A stretch of DNA of 64,000 nucleotides, from contig VMHB01000003.1 of the NCBI GenBank assembly GCA_007378985.1, forward strand, positions 28,283 to 92,282. The letters are read 5' to 3'. Positions 1 through 8,839 of the stretch are shown here, piece after piece (within the stretch, counting starts at the first letter, position 1; each line of letters starts with the position of its first letter). The translations under genes were made by a program, and so were the position numbers. A model generated the notes under the pieces. That model had not been told where the DNA came from and searched no databases. It saw only the letters and a list, made by a program, of their open reading frames with translations. This DNA is from Parcubacteria group bacterium Greene0714_7 (GTDB lineage Bacteria > Patescibacteriota > Minisyncoccia > Phycocordibacterales > Phycocordibacteraceae).

Positions 1-520
1 TGGTAATGCCATCAAAGCTTTTTGCGTAGATGCCGTTCACTAGTCCTGCTAAAGCAAAGATCATGCTAGAGAGGATGAGGAAGAGTAAAATTACAAAAGG
101 ATGCATGAGAGGGGGAAGCGCGAAGAATACTGACACAGCAAGAACGAGGAGTCCCACTAAAATGCCACGCACCATTCCTCCAGCAACAAATCCACCAATG
201 ATGACCCATGGTGGAGTTGGAGAGACAAGAATTTCATCGATATTTCGTGAGAAGAACTTTGCCTGAAAGAATGTTGATGCGGTATTAGTGAATGCGTTTG
301 TTACCACGGCAAGCAGAACAAGCCCTGGGATAATGAAGTGTATATATGAAACACCGTTAAAATCTCCAAGCTGAGATCCAATAATGGTGCCGAATACTAA
401 AAAGTAAAGGACTGAAGTAACGATAGATGGAAGAAATGTTTGTGGCCATATTCGAAAGATTCGTACGACATCTTTACGGAGGATCGTGTAAAAGGATGTC
501 CAAGTGCTTTTGAGTGGCAT
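1..520 (-). CDS. ABC-2 type transporter permease, N-terminal part; the 3' end runs beyond the window start
   Basis: Minus-strand ATG at 518-520 lies 1 nt after the ATPase stop. The translation MPLKSTWTSFYTILRKDVVRIFRIW... is polytopic and hydrophobic, typical of an ABC-2 permease coupled to the upstream ATPase. Confidence 0.7.
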   Translation of the reverse strand, partial: MPLKSTWTSFYTILRKDVVRIFRIWPQTFLPSIVTSVLYFLVFGTIIGSQLGDFNGVSYIHFIIPGLVLLAVVTNAFTNTASTFFQAKFFSRNIDEILVSPTPPWVIIGGFVAGGMVRGILVGLLVLAVSVFFALPPLMHPFVILLFLILSSMIFALAGLVNGIYAKSFDGIT

Positions 521-521
521 G

Positions 522-1298
522 TTAATTTTGCGTGAGTTTAATGAATACTTCTTCAAGTTTTCCTGCGCGGTACGCACCATCTTTAGGATCATTGTCGTCA
601 TGCATAGCAAGAATTTCAGACATAGTTCCTGAGGCAACAATGGAGCCTTTGTTTATTATGGCAACATGTTTGCAAAGTTGCTCTGCTTCTTCAAGGTAGT
701 GTGTTGTTAAAAGAATAGTTACCCCTTTTGCGGTTAGACCTTTTAAGTACTCCCACATGCTACGGCGAAGTTCAACGTCAACGCCCGCTGTTGGTTCATC
801 GAGAATCAAAAACTTTGGTTCATGCACGAGCGCGCGTGCAATCATGAGGCGTCTCTTCATTCCGCCAGAGAGCGTCATGGCACGCTGATCTCTTTTTTCA
901 TGGAGTCCAAGATCTTTCAATAACTTTTCAGCTCGTGGAATAGCAATAGAGCGGGGAATACCGTAATAGCCAGCTTGATTCACTATAATGTCGAACGGTT
1001 TTTCAAATGGATTGAAATTTACTTCCTGCCCCACGAGTCCAATGTGAGTTTTTGCTTGCTCGGGGTTTGTGGTGATGTCGTCACCAAAAACTTTTACCTC
1101 ACCACTCGTCTTGTTTACGAGCCCTGTGACAATACCAATGATGGTTGTTTTACCTGCCCCGTTTGGACCCAAAAGTGCAAAGAAATCGCCCGTGGGAATA
1201 GTGAGAGAAACACCGCTGAGTGCTACCGTTCCGCTCGCGTAGGTTTTTGTGAGATTATTGATAGTAAGCGCTGGTTCGTCCATATTGGTGATTTTCAT
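522..1298 (-). CDS. ABC transporter ATP-binding protein
   Basis: Walker A motif LLGPNGAGKTT, ABC signature LSGGMKRRL and Walker B motif FLILDEP are present. Confidence 0.9.
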   Translation of the reverse strand: MKITNMDEPALTINNLTKTYASGTVALSGVSLTIPTGDFFALLGPNGAGKTTIIGIVTGLVNKTSGEVKVFGDDITTNPEQAKTHIGLVGQEVNFNPFEKPFDIIVNQAGYYGIPRSIAIPRAEKLLKDLGLHEKRDQRAMTLSGGMKRRLMIARALVHEPKFLILDEPTAGVDVELRRSMWEYLKGLTAKGVTILLTTHYLEEAEQLCKHVAIINKGSIVASGTMSEILAMHDDNDPKDGAYRAGKLEEVFIKLTQN

Positions 1299-1330
1299 TA
1301 CTGTAACATAGCTATTTTGTTCTCTCCGGA

Positions 1331-1372
1331 CTGTATAGTTTAATTTAACGAACGTTAAATTAAACTATACAG
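1331..1372. repeat. 42-bp perfect palindrome CTGTATAGTTTAATTTAACG-aa-CGTTAAATTAAACTATACAG in the divergent promoter region between the ABC transporter and the methyltransferase
   Basis: Perfect inverted repeat, paralogous to 33936-33984. Confidence 0.6.
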
Positions 1373-1449
1373 AATGTCATGTACTTATGAGGAGACAAAA
1401 CATCCCGTTCATATGTTTTTTCATTTAATTATTTCCAGATGTCTACCAA

Positions 1450-2442
1450 TTGGTGCATTCATGGGGTAGCATGGAGGAAATGTTACACAGCATATTGACG
1501 ACAAAGCCTTCTAAAGATTATGAACTTCTTGACTCTGGTTGGGAAGAGAAGCTCGAAAGGTATGGGAACATAGTGCTGGCTCGGCCTGACCCGCAGGCAT
1601 TGTGGGAGAAGCGTTTAGGAGATGAGGAATGGAAGCGAGCAGACGCATGGTATGAACGCAAAGCAAAGGGTGGCGACTGGCATTTTAAAAAGATTGTCTC
1701 TCCTAACACTCGTCCTTCGAGTACTCAGGACATGAGTGTTTCTGCTTCGCAGATTGGAAGAAACACTGAGCAGTCAGTGTTTCTTCCCAAAGAATGGCAG
1801 ATTGAACTCGGTGGGCTGAATTTTATTATTCGCCCTACTTCTTTCAAGCACACCGGCCTTTTCCCAGAGCAGGTTCCTAACTGGCAATGGGTTCAACAGA
1901 AGTTGGCAGAAAGCAGTGAGCAGAAAGCAGTCAAAGTTTTGAATCTTTTCGCCTATACCGGAGGGGCAACGCTCGCTGCCGCAAAAGCTGGTGCGCAAGT
2001 TACACATGTTGATGCTTCAAAAACTGCAATCGAATGGGCAAAGGCGAATGCAAAACTTTCTGGTTTGAATGAAAAACCAATTCGTTGGGTTACGGAGGAT
2101 GTAATGAAGTTTGTTGAGAGGGAAGTGAAACGAAAGAATACATATGACGCAATTATTATGGATCCTCCTGCTTTTGGTCATGGACCAAAAGATGAATTGT
2201 GGAAAATTGAGGAGAACTTTCTAATGCTTATGAAGCTCTGTAAAGCACTTCTGTCAGACAAGCCTATATTCATACTGGTGAGCGGATACGCTGCGGGGTA
2301 TTCATCGCTTGCGTTTGCACACAACCTAGAATCAATTATTGAAAAAAATGGCGGAGGTGTGGAAGTAGGAGAATTAACTATTGAAGAGTCGAGTAGCGGA
2401 CGTCTATTGCCTGCAGGAATTTTTGCGAGGTGGTCTAATTAA
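1450..2442 (+). CDS. class I SAM-dependent RNA methyltransferase (RlmI/YccW-like)
   Basis: LNLFAYTGG SAM-binding motif and an IIMDPPAFG (DPPxF) catalytic motif. Confidence 0.7.
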   Translation: MVHSWGSMEEMLHSILTTKPSKDYELLDSGWEEKLERYGNIVLARPDPQALWEKRLGDEEWKRADAWYERKAKGGDWHFKKIVSPNTRPSSTQDMSVSASQIGRNTEQSVFLPKEWQIELGGLNFIIRPTSFKHTGLFPEQVPNWQWVQQKLAESSEQKAVKVLNLFAYTGGATLAAAKAGAQVTHVDASKTAIEWAKANAKLSGLNEKPIRWVTEDVMKFVEREVKRKNTYDAIIMDPPAFGHGPKDELWKIEENFLMLMKLCKALLSDKPIFILVSGYAAGYSSLAFAHNLESIIEKNGGGVEVGELTIEESSSGRLLPAGIFARWSN

Positions 2443-2540
2443 AACGTTGATTCACGATACAAGATTCATGATTCAAGAATAAACTCCCAAGCTAGAAATC
2501 CTGAATCCTGAATCCTGATTCTTGAATCTATTTATTTTAT

Positions 2541-3944
2541 TTAAAAAAGTTTTGCGGTTGGGAGCGAATGAATCTCGCTAGTACGTTCTTTAATATCTAT
2601 TGGATATTCGCCAGTGAAGCATGAAGTGCAGAACATGTCGGGATGTAAGCCTGTTGCACGAATCAAGCCGTCATATGAAAGAAAGTGTAATCGTGTTGCA
2701 CCAAGGTATTCTCGTATTTCTTCAGGTGTTTTTTGTGCGCCAATGAGCTCTTTTTGGGTTGGTGTATCAATACCGTAAAAATCAGGAAATCGTACAGGAG
2801 GTGAGCTGACGAGGAAGTTTACTTCTTTCGCTCCTGCTTCGAAAAGCATTTGCACAATTTGCCTAGAAGTTGTCCCGCGAACTATTGAGTCATCTATGAC
2901 CACAACCTTCTTCCCTTTGATGACCTCTGGTAGTGGGGTGAGTTTTATTTTTACGCCCTGCTCACGAATATGTTGTTCTGGTTGAATGAATGTGCGGTGT
3001 ATATAGCGATTTTTTATGAGCCCTGTTTCAAGCGGAATCCCCAATGCTTGAGAGTAGCCTATCGCAACGGGCATTGCTGTTTCTGGAACTGGAATAATCA
3101 CATCAGCGTCTAATGGAAACTCTTTCGCAAGTTCAATACCAAAGTTTTTACGAACACCATAGACTGACTTGCCAAGAAGTACTGAGTCTGGCCGTGCAAA
3201 ATACACGAATTCGAATATATCAAGCTTTTGAATGCCCATCGCAATTTGCACAGAACGCATACCGCTCTCGTTTACTATAATCATTTCTCCCGGGGCTACA
3301 TCACGGAGTTCCTCGGCTCCAATGGGATGGAATGCGCATGTTTCCGATGAAAAAACAAACCCACCATTTAAGGTACCTATAGAGAGTGGACGAATACCGT
3401 AATTATCTCTGATGGCGACGAGGTTATGTTTATCCATTAATAGAATAGAAAATGCCCCTGTAAGGAGGGGAAATGTTTTTGGGACAGCGTCTTCTAGAGT
3501 AGAACCTTCGCGCATATGGACCGCAATGGCCTCTGCAATCATTTCAGAGTCAGAAAGTGTTTTGTAGGCAATGTTTTTTGAAGCAAGGAAATTCTCAAGA
3601 AGAGTAGTTGAAGGAATGTTGCCGTTATGTACTAAGGTGAGACCAACATCTTCTATATGTGTAGGTTGCGAGTGTTTGAGCTGTGAAGATTTTGAAGTTG
3701 AGTAGCGGTTATGTCCAACAGCAATGTGACCTACGAGGCGTTGAATGTCTTTTTCGGCAAATGCTTGAGCGACGAGGCCCATTTTTTTATGACAGAAAAT
3801 AGTTTCTCCGTTTGATGTGGCAATCCCAGAGCTTTCTTGACCTCGATGCTGTAAGGCGTAGAGTCCGAAGAAGGTGAGACGCGCAGCCTCCATTCCTTTC
3901 CCATAAACTCCAAAAACGCCACACTTTTCTCCTAAGTCAGACAT
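2541..3944 (-). CDS. purF: amidophosphoribosyltransferase
   Basis: N-terminal Cys nucleophile (MSDLGEKCGVFGVYG) and the PRPP-binding motif VVVIDDSIVRGTTS. Confidence 0.9.
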   Translation of the reverse strand: MSDLGEKCGVFGVYGKGMEAARLTFFGLYALQHRGQESSGIATSNGETIFCHKKMGLVAQAFAEKDIQRLVGHIAVGHNRYSTSKSSQLKHSQPTHIEDVGLTLVHNGNIPSTTLLENFLASKNIAYKTLSDSEMIAEAIAVHMREGSTLEDAVPKTFPLLTGAFSILLMDKHNLVAIRDNYGIRPLSIGTLNGGFVFSSETCAFHPIGAEELRDVAPGEMIIVNESGMRSVQIAMGIQKLDIFEFVYFARPDSVLLGKSVYGVRKNFGIELAKEFPLDADVIIPVPETAMPVAIGYSQALGIPLETGLIKNRYIHRTFIQPEQHIREQGVKIKLTPLPEVIKGKKVVVIDDSIVRGTTSRQIVQMLFEAGAKEVNFLVSSPPVRFPDFYGIDTPTQKELIGAQKTPEEIREYLGATRLHFLSYDGLIRATGLHPDMFCTSCFTGEYPIDIKERTSEIHSLPTAKLF

Positions 3945-4069
3945 TAATCAAAGTGTAACATAGGTGAGTTTGGGAATGAAAGATTAATCATTTTTTTCTA
4001 AGAGAATTCAAGGTATCATTGAATAAGTAAACCCGTTGGCGGTATTTTTCCTGAAATAATTTCTACTGC

Positions 4070-5155
4070 ATGAAGAAACTCATTATAGTCACTGACGCTT
4101 GGGCGCCACAGGTGAATGGAGTGGTAACGCTCTTTGAGCGAACTATTCCATATCTTAAAGAGCGTGATTTCGAAGTTACTGTTGTGCATCCAGGACTTTT
4201 TATTGCGTTCCCATTTCCGCTGTACCCAGAAATCTCTATGACATTTTTTCCTGATAGGAAAATGAAAAAGATATTTGATTCAGTTCAGCCAGACTATGTG
4301 CATATTGCAACTGAGTGGACACTAGGGCTTTCAGCTCGATCATTGCTAAAGGGGAGAGGTATTGCATTCACTACCTCATATCACACCAATTTTCCCCGAT
4401 ACCTTCCTCATTACATATTTGGGGGGACACTGCTTGCCGTTTTTTCTCGAGTGTACATGTCTTGGTTTCATAGTAGCGCTGAGGCGGTTATGGCAAGTAA
4501 TGATACTTTAAAGGCCGAGCTCGAGGCGCATAATTTTAAGAATGTTGTTCTATGGCCACCAGGTATTGATACTACTGTTTTCAAGCCAAATGAAGAAAAG
4601 AGAGCAGAGGTAAAATTTCCTCACCCGGTGTTTGTATATTTTGGAAGAATTGCAAAAGAGAAAAGTGTTGAGGAATTTTTGAGCATGGAACTTCCTGGTA
4701 CAAAACTGGTGATAGGGGATGGGCCAGAGCGAAAAAAATTGGAACGAAGGCATGGCAAGAAAAATGTATTTCTTGGTTACAAGCGAGGGCAGGAGCTCAT
4801 CGACATTCTCTCAGCGTCTGATGTTTTTGTTTTCCCTTCGCGTACTGAAACATTTGGTCTAGTGGTGCTTGAGGCACTTGCATGCGGTCTTCCTGTTGCC
4901 GCACACGATGTTATGGGGCCAAAGGATGTTATTGAAAATGGAGTTGATGGATTTTTGAGCGATGATCTCACTGAGGCTGCTAAAAAATGTTTAACACTCT
5001 CGCGAGAGAAGTGTCGTGAAAAAGCACTTACATTTTCGTGGGAACATTCAGCTGATATGTTTGCGGGCAATGTTGAGCGTTATGTAGGTGCAAATGCTCC
5101 TGTAGTTAATTTGCGCACCCAGCTCAAGAAGCTTGTTTCTAAGGTCTTTAATTAA
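4070..5155 (+). CDS. glycosyltransferase family 4
   Basis: GT4 C-terminal motif EALACGLPVAAHDVMGPKDVIENGVDGFL. Confidence 0.8.
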   Translation: MKKLIIVTDAWAPQVNGVVTLFERTIPYLKERDFEVTVVHPGLFIAFPFPLYPEISMTFFPDRKMKKIFDSVQPDYVHIATEWTLGLSARSLLKGRGIAFTTSYHTNFPRYLPHYIFGGTLLAVFSRVYMSWFHSSAEAVMASNDTLKAELEAHNFKNVVLWPPGIDTTVFKPNEEKRAEVKFPHPVFVYFGRIAKEKSVEEFLSMELPGTKLVIGDGPERKKLERRHGKKNVFLGYKRGQELIDILSASDVFVFPSRTETFGLVVLEALACGLPVAAHDVMGPKDVIENGVDGFLSDDLTEAAKKCLTLSREKCREKALTFSWEHSADMFAGNVERYVGANAPVVNLRTQLKKLVSKVFN

Positions 5156-5184
5156 AGTCGTTAGGGGAGGAGTGTATAACTTCC

Positions 5185-5214
5185 TTGCACGGCGAACGTT
5201 CGTTCGCTTATACT
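5185..5214 (+). promoter_or_regulatory. lexA promoter (TTGCAC-N18-TATACT) with a Cheo-type LexA box CGAACGTTCGTTCG (5193-5206) in the spacer; the transcript is probably leaderless
   Basis: A GAAC-N4-GTTC palindrome sits between the -35 and -10 hexamers, and the ATG at 5221 lies 7 nt after the -10. Confidence 0.55.
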
Positions 5215-5220
5215 GTGTAA

Positions 5221-5787
5221 ATGGATACTTCATATTTGAGAGAGATTCTCCAATTTTATAGGTCTCGTTGGCGCATGCCTTCGTATGCCGAAATAATGGA
5301 TATCACGGGTCTGCGTTCCAAGGATTCTGTATTCAAATTGGTTGAGCGTTTAGTGCGCCGAGGGCAGTTAAAGAAAGACCGCCGAGGGCGTCTTATCCCT
5401 ACAACGGTCTTGGGAGAAATAAAAATCTTAGGTCTTGTAGAAGCCGGCATGCCTGCAACTGCTGAAGAGGAGGTACTTGATAGTATTTCGTTAGATGACT
5501 ATCTTATTCGCGATCGTGAACAGACGTATCTGTTGCGGGTGAAAGGCGACTCTATGAAAGATGCGGGCATTGTGGAAGGCGACATGGTTATTGCAGAGCG
5601 AGCAACTGTCGCAAAAGAAGGGGAGATAGTCATTGCTGAAGTTGATGGTGGATGGACGATGAAATATTTCCGAATGAAAAAGGGTAAGCCATATTTGGAG
5701 CCAGCAAATACTGCCTACAAACCAATTTATCCTGAAGACGAACTCACTATCGCCGCTGTGGTTCGTGGCGTGATTAGAAAATATTAA
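5221..5787 (+). CDS. lexA: LexA repressor
   Basis: N-terminal wHTH plus S24 peptidase motifs (VKGDSMKDAGIVEGDMV... and a Lys in MKYFRMKKGK). Confidence 0.85.
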   Translation: MDTSYLREILQFYRSRWRMPSYAEIMDITGLRSKDSVFKLVERLVRRGQLKKDRRGRLIPTTVLGEIKILGLVEAGMPATAEEEVLDSISLDDYLIRDREQTYLLRVKGDSMKDAGIVEGDMVIAERATVAKEGEIVIAEVDGGWTMKYFRMKKGKPYLEPANTAYKPIYPEDELTIAAVVRGVIRKY

Positions 5788-5909
5788 AGAACATTCTAAA
5801 ATCTTCACCTGCTTTGTTGCTCGCTCCGCTCCTCCATCGCCATATACTGAATATGGCTCGGTACGGTGCTCACTCGCGCCTCGCATCTGAAGATTTTAGA
5901 AAGTTCTCA

Positions 5910-6299
5910 TCACTCATCATCTCTTGAGCGACGTGTCACGCCTTTCCCGTCTGGAAGCGCTCCCATTTCTTTCAGGATTTGGGGAATCATCGCTTTCGTC
6001 TTAGGGGTACGGTCAGCGCTCTCTTCTGCCTGCAATAGGACATCTTCATATGCAAAGCGCGCAGATGCTATACGGCCAGCCTGTAATCGAAGTCGGGCAT
6101 CTTGCAAGTTGTGTGCAAACCATGCTTCTTCGCGTTCTGGTCCCCATTCGGGATATGTTTTGTCGAGTTCCACAATCTGTTGGTCAAGCCACGCAAGATA
6201 TATCAAGCACTCCCTAAGAGTTTTCTGTTCAATGTTCAAAAGATCAGCAAGAGCTTGCCCGTTAGTTATTTCTTCTCGCCTCGTGAGACCCTCTGCCAT
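5910..6299 (-). CDS. hypothetical protein, second gene of a two-gene operon
   Basis: Its start lies 3 nt after the stop of the upstream ORF. No motif recognised. Confidence 0.5.
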   Translation of the reverse strand: MAEGLTRREEITNGQALADLLNIEQKTLRECLIYLAWLDQQIVELDKTYPEWGPEREEAWFAHNLQDARLRLQAGRIASARFAYEDVLLQAEESADRTPKTKAMIPQILKEMGALPDGKGVTRRSRDDE

Positions 6300-6302
6300 T
6301 TT

Positions 6303-6608
6303 TTAATCTATTAGTTTTGGTTCGGCTTCTAGTGGTCTCTTCTTTGGTGTGATGTTGTAGTTTTCGTGGAGGTATTGGAGGTTGTGACGTAGGCGTGCAA
6401 TCTGCATTTCAGCGATTTTCATTGCCTCGTCTTTTTCTTCAAGTTTATTTGCTGTTTCTTCAACAAAACCAAGTAAGGTTGAGAGCATTGCAAAGTAATC
6501 GCCATTTTCGACGTGGAAAATAAATTGCTTTAATTGTAGCGCTTCATCTTGGGAATCATCAAGAATGAGAATATTTGTTTGGCTGTCGGGAAATTGTAGT
6601 TCGCTCAT
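6303..6608 (-). CDS. hypothetical protein, first gene of a two-gene operon
   Basis: Complete ORF whose ATG sits about 12 nt from the MITE-like element. No motif recognised. Confidence 0.5.
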   Translation of the reverse strand: MSELQFPDSQTNILILDDSQDEALQLKQFIFHVENGDYFAMLSTLLGFVEETANKLEEKDEAMKIAEMQIARLRHNLQYLHENYNITPKKRPLEAEPKLID

Positions 6609-6622
6609 GAGCGGGTAGTATA

Positions 6623-6718
6623 CCCCATGAGATAATATGTTCGTGTGGAAAAGGATAGAATTTTTATCACATCAAAATTTTCGCTAATGCGTATTCTCTG
6701 ATCTGCTATCTCACGGGG
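6623..6718. mobile_element. MITE-like element copy 1 (96 bp): TIRs CCCCATGAGATAA / CTATCTCACGGGG, flanked by TATA direct repeats at 6619-6622 and 6719-6722
   Basis: The terminal inverted repeats match those of copy 2 at 24030-24124. The interior is diverged, and 4-bp direct repeats are present at both loci. Confidence 0.55.
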
Positions 6719-6773
6719 TATACATGCAACAAAAAATAACCAATCCTATATGTATCCACATCTCTGCATTTTT

Positions 6774-6808
6774 ATATATCCCTAATTCGCACGAATTAGG
6801 GATATATA
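6774..6808 (-). terminator. 16-bp perfect hairpin ATATATCCCTAATTCG/CGAATTAGGGATATAT downstream of the 6853-7479(-) gene
   Basis: Perfect inverted repeat adjacent to a T/A-rich tract. Confidence 0.5.
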
Positions 6809-6852
6809 AATCATAATTGAAGAATAGGTCGTGGTGTTGCTCAGTGTGTTTT

Positions 6853-7479
6853 CTATGTTCTTTTATTTTTCTTATTCCACTCACGAAGGTTGCCAGCAGT
6901 CCTCTCCATTTTGTCTGCAGGGCGGATGTGTTTTTTATTTTCCCTTGGTAGAAGTGAAAAATGTGGCAAGGTATCTAAATGTTCATCGAGGTACCACAAA
7001 TCTTCCTCTGCGGTAACCCAAGCGGTGCCGAGTCGTTTCAAATTAAGTGGTTTTGAATAACTTCGGAGCATCTTGAGTCCGTTCTCATCGAGAAACCATT
7101 CGTGAAAGTAGGAGAGTGCGAGTTCACGAAGTGTTTTGTATATAGGGTCTCGAAAACGAAGTACTGCATGATTTGTTTTTGAAATTGCCCCCCAATAACC
7201 ATTTTTTTTATAGAGAGCAACAATATGGTCATCATCCTCGGGAGCTGCAGTAAGGTCCATAAGGAGGGGTTCTTCACCATTGATCCACAGTGCCGTAGCT
7301 GCTAAGAGCGCTCCTTCAATGCAGTGTGCTTTTTTCTCACGAAGTACCCTTCGTGGCGACATATGTGTTTCTCCTTTCTTTTCGTAGTTGATAGGAAGGG
7401 TATCTAAAAAATCCTGAATCTTAATTGGAGTTGAGAGTTTTTTTAAGGTGGCGAGTTCCTGCTTTGTAAGGTCAAACAT
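6853..7479 (-). CDS. transglutaminase-like/papain-fold cysteine peptidase superfamily protein (putative)
   Basis: AHCIEGALLAA (Cys) and DDDHIVALY (His) resemble the Cys-His core of transglutaminase-like domains. Confidence 0.4.
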   Translation of the reverse strand: MFDLTKQELATLKKLSTPIKIQDFLDTLPINYEKKGETHMSPRRVLREKKAHCIEGALLAATALWINGEEPLLMDLTAAPEDDDHIVALYKKNGYWGAISKTNHAVLRFRDPIYKTLRELALSYFHEWFLDENGLKMLRSYSKPLNLKRLGTAWVTAEEDLWYLDEHLDTLPHFSLLPRENKKHIRPADKMERTAGNLREWNKKNKRT

Positions 7480-7497
7480 ACTTCTCCAGTATAAAGG

Positions 7498-8748
7498 GTG
7501 ATTTGCTATACTCTTTTGATGTCAGTTGTAAAAACAAGGCGAGTTCTACCTATACTTTTCGTTACATTACTTCTCGACATGATCGGCATCGGGATGATAT
7601 TTCCTATTATTCCTATCATTCTGACTGATCCTTCGTCACCCTCGTTTCTTCTTCATGGATTTGGCACGAGCGCGCAGTACCTCATTGCAGGTTTGCTCAC
7701 TGGCATTTTTGGACTCATGCAGTTCATAGCAGCGCCGATCCTCGGAGAATTTTCTGATGCGTATGGGCGGAAGCGCTTACTCACATTTGGTGTTGGTGTA
7801 CTCGCCGTTGCTCAACTTATGTTTGGCTTCGCCATTGTCATTGGTTCATTGCCACTTCTTTTCTTGTCTCGTGCAGTCGCAGGGCTTGCCGCCGCTAATT
7901 TTTCAATAGCCCAAGCCGCTATTGCTGATGTAACCGAACCGAAGGACAGAGCAAAGAACTTTGGGCTCGTTGGTGCAGCATTTGGTCTCGGGTTTATCAT
8001 TGGTCCTATTCTTGGAGGTTGGATTTTACATCTCACAGGGTTTGCTTCTGCGCCTTTTTGGCTTGCGGGCGCGCTTGGTGTTGTGAATTTGATGTTTATT
8101 TCTCTATTCTTTCCTGAAACAAGAAAGGGAGATGGTTCTCATGATTTCCATTTTCTTAAAGGTGTTCGGAACATTCAAACTGCGTTTAGAGATGTAGATG
8201 CGCGTCCCGTGTATCTTTCATCATTTTTGCTTCAGCTTGGTTTTGGATTCTTTACGGCATTCATTGGAATATTGCTAGTAAGTCGTTTTGGATTTACTGC
8301 GAGCGCAGTCGGTATATTTTTTGGTATTACTGGAGCATGGATTATATTCACGCAAGTAGTCGTGCTCCGTATTGTTACAAAACAATATAATGAGCGAGCA
8401 ATTCTCCGCGTATCGCTTATTTTGGTTGGAGCAGCTATTTTTGCGTATGGGTTTGTACCCTCTGCGTCGCTCTTATATGTAGTATTACCATTGCTTGCTG
8501 TAGGTAATGGGCTTTCTGTTGCAAATCTCGCAGCTCTTATAAGTAAGGGAGTGTCAGGTGAAAAGCAGGGTGCAGCAATGGGAATTAACGGCTCACTTCA
8601 AGCTCTGGCACAAGGAGTGGCTCCTGTGGTTGCAGGCGTTGGTGCTGGCTTTTTTGGCCTTCAGATGCCCTTTGTTGTAGGTATGGTTCTGGCGCTGTTT
8701 GCATGGGCAGTTTTATTTGTTTTGCCGAAGCACCTCGTTGTTACTTAA
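7498..8748 (+). CDS. MFS transporter
   Basis: Twelve predicted TM segments and the MFS motif A GEFSDAYGRKRLL. Confidence 0.85.
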   Translation: MICYTLLMSVVKTRRVLPILFVTLLLDMIGIGMIFPIIPIILTDPSSPSFLLHGFGTSAQYLIAGLLTGIFGLMQFIAAPILGEFSDAYGRKRLLTFGVGVLAVAQLMFGFAIVIGSLPLLFLSRAVAGLAAANFSIAQAAIADVTEPKDRAKNFGLVGAAFGLGFIIGPILGGWILHLTGFASAPFWLAGALGVVNLMFISLFFPETRKGDGSHDFHFLKGVRNIQTAFRDVDARPVYLSSFLLQLGFGFFTAFIGILLVSRFGFTASAVGIFFGITGAWIIFTQVVVLRIVTKQYNERAILRVSLILVGAAIFAYGFVPSASLLYVVLPLLAVGNGLSVANLAALISKGVSGEKQGAAMGINGSLQALAQGVAPVVAGVGAGFFGLQMPFVVGMVLALFAWAVLFVLPKHLVVT

Positions 8749-8839
8749 CTGTGAGGTGAGTGGTATGATTCCCGTGTCCCTTTTTCATATTTATTTAAAA
8801 GCTGGAACCTGGAACCTATAACCTGAAAGCTGATTTATT

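Noticed and set aside
30-266. 78-aa plus-strand ORF at the window start
   Set aside because: It lies antisense within the ABC-2 permease gene (minus strand, start at 520), whose translation is coherent and hydrophobic. Likely spurious.
1331-1372. The 42-bp palindrome as a LexA (SOS) operator
   Set aside because: The CTGT...ACAG ends are separated by 34 nt, not 8. The genuine lexA promoter carries a Cheo-type GAAC-N4-GTTC box instead.
2496-2516. AATCCTG x3 tandem repeat
   Set aside because: It forms part of the loop of an 11-bp-stem hairpin (GATTCAAGAAT/ATTCTTGAATC) between the convergent methyltransferase and purF genes. This is most simply a bidirectional terminator and not a microsatellite of interest.
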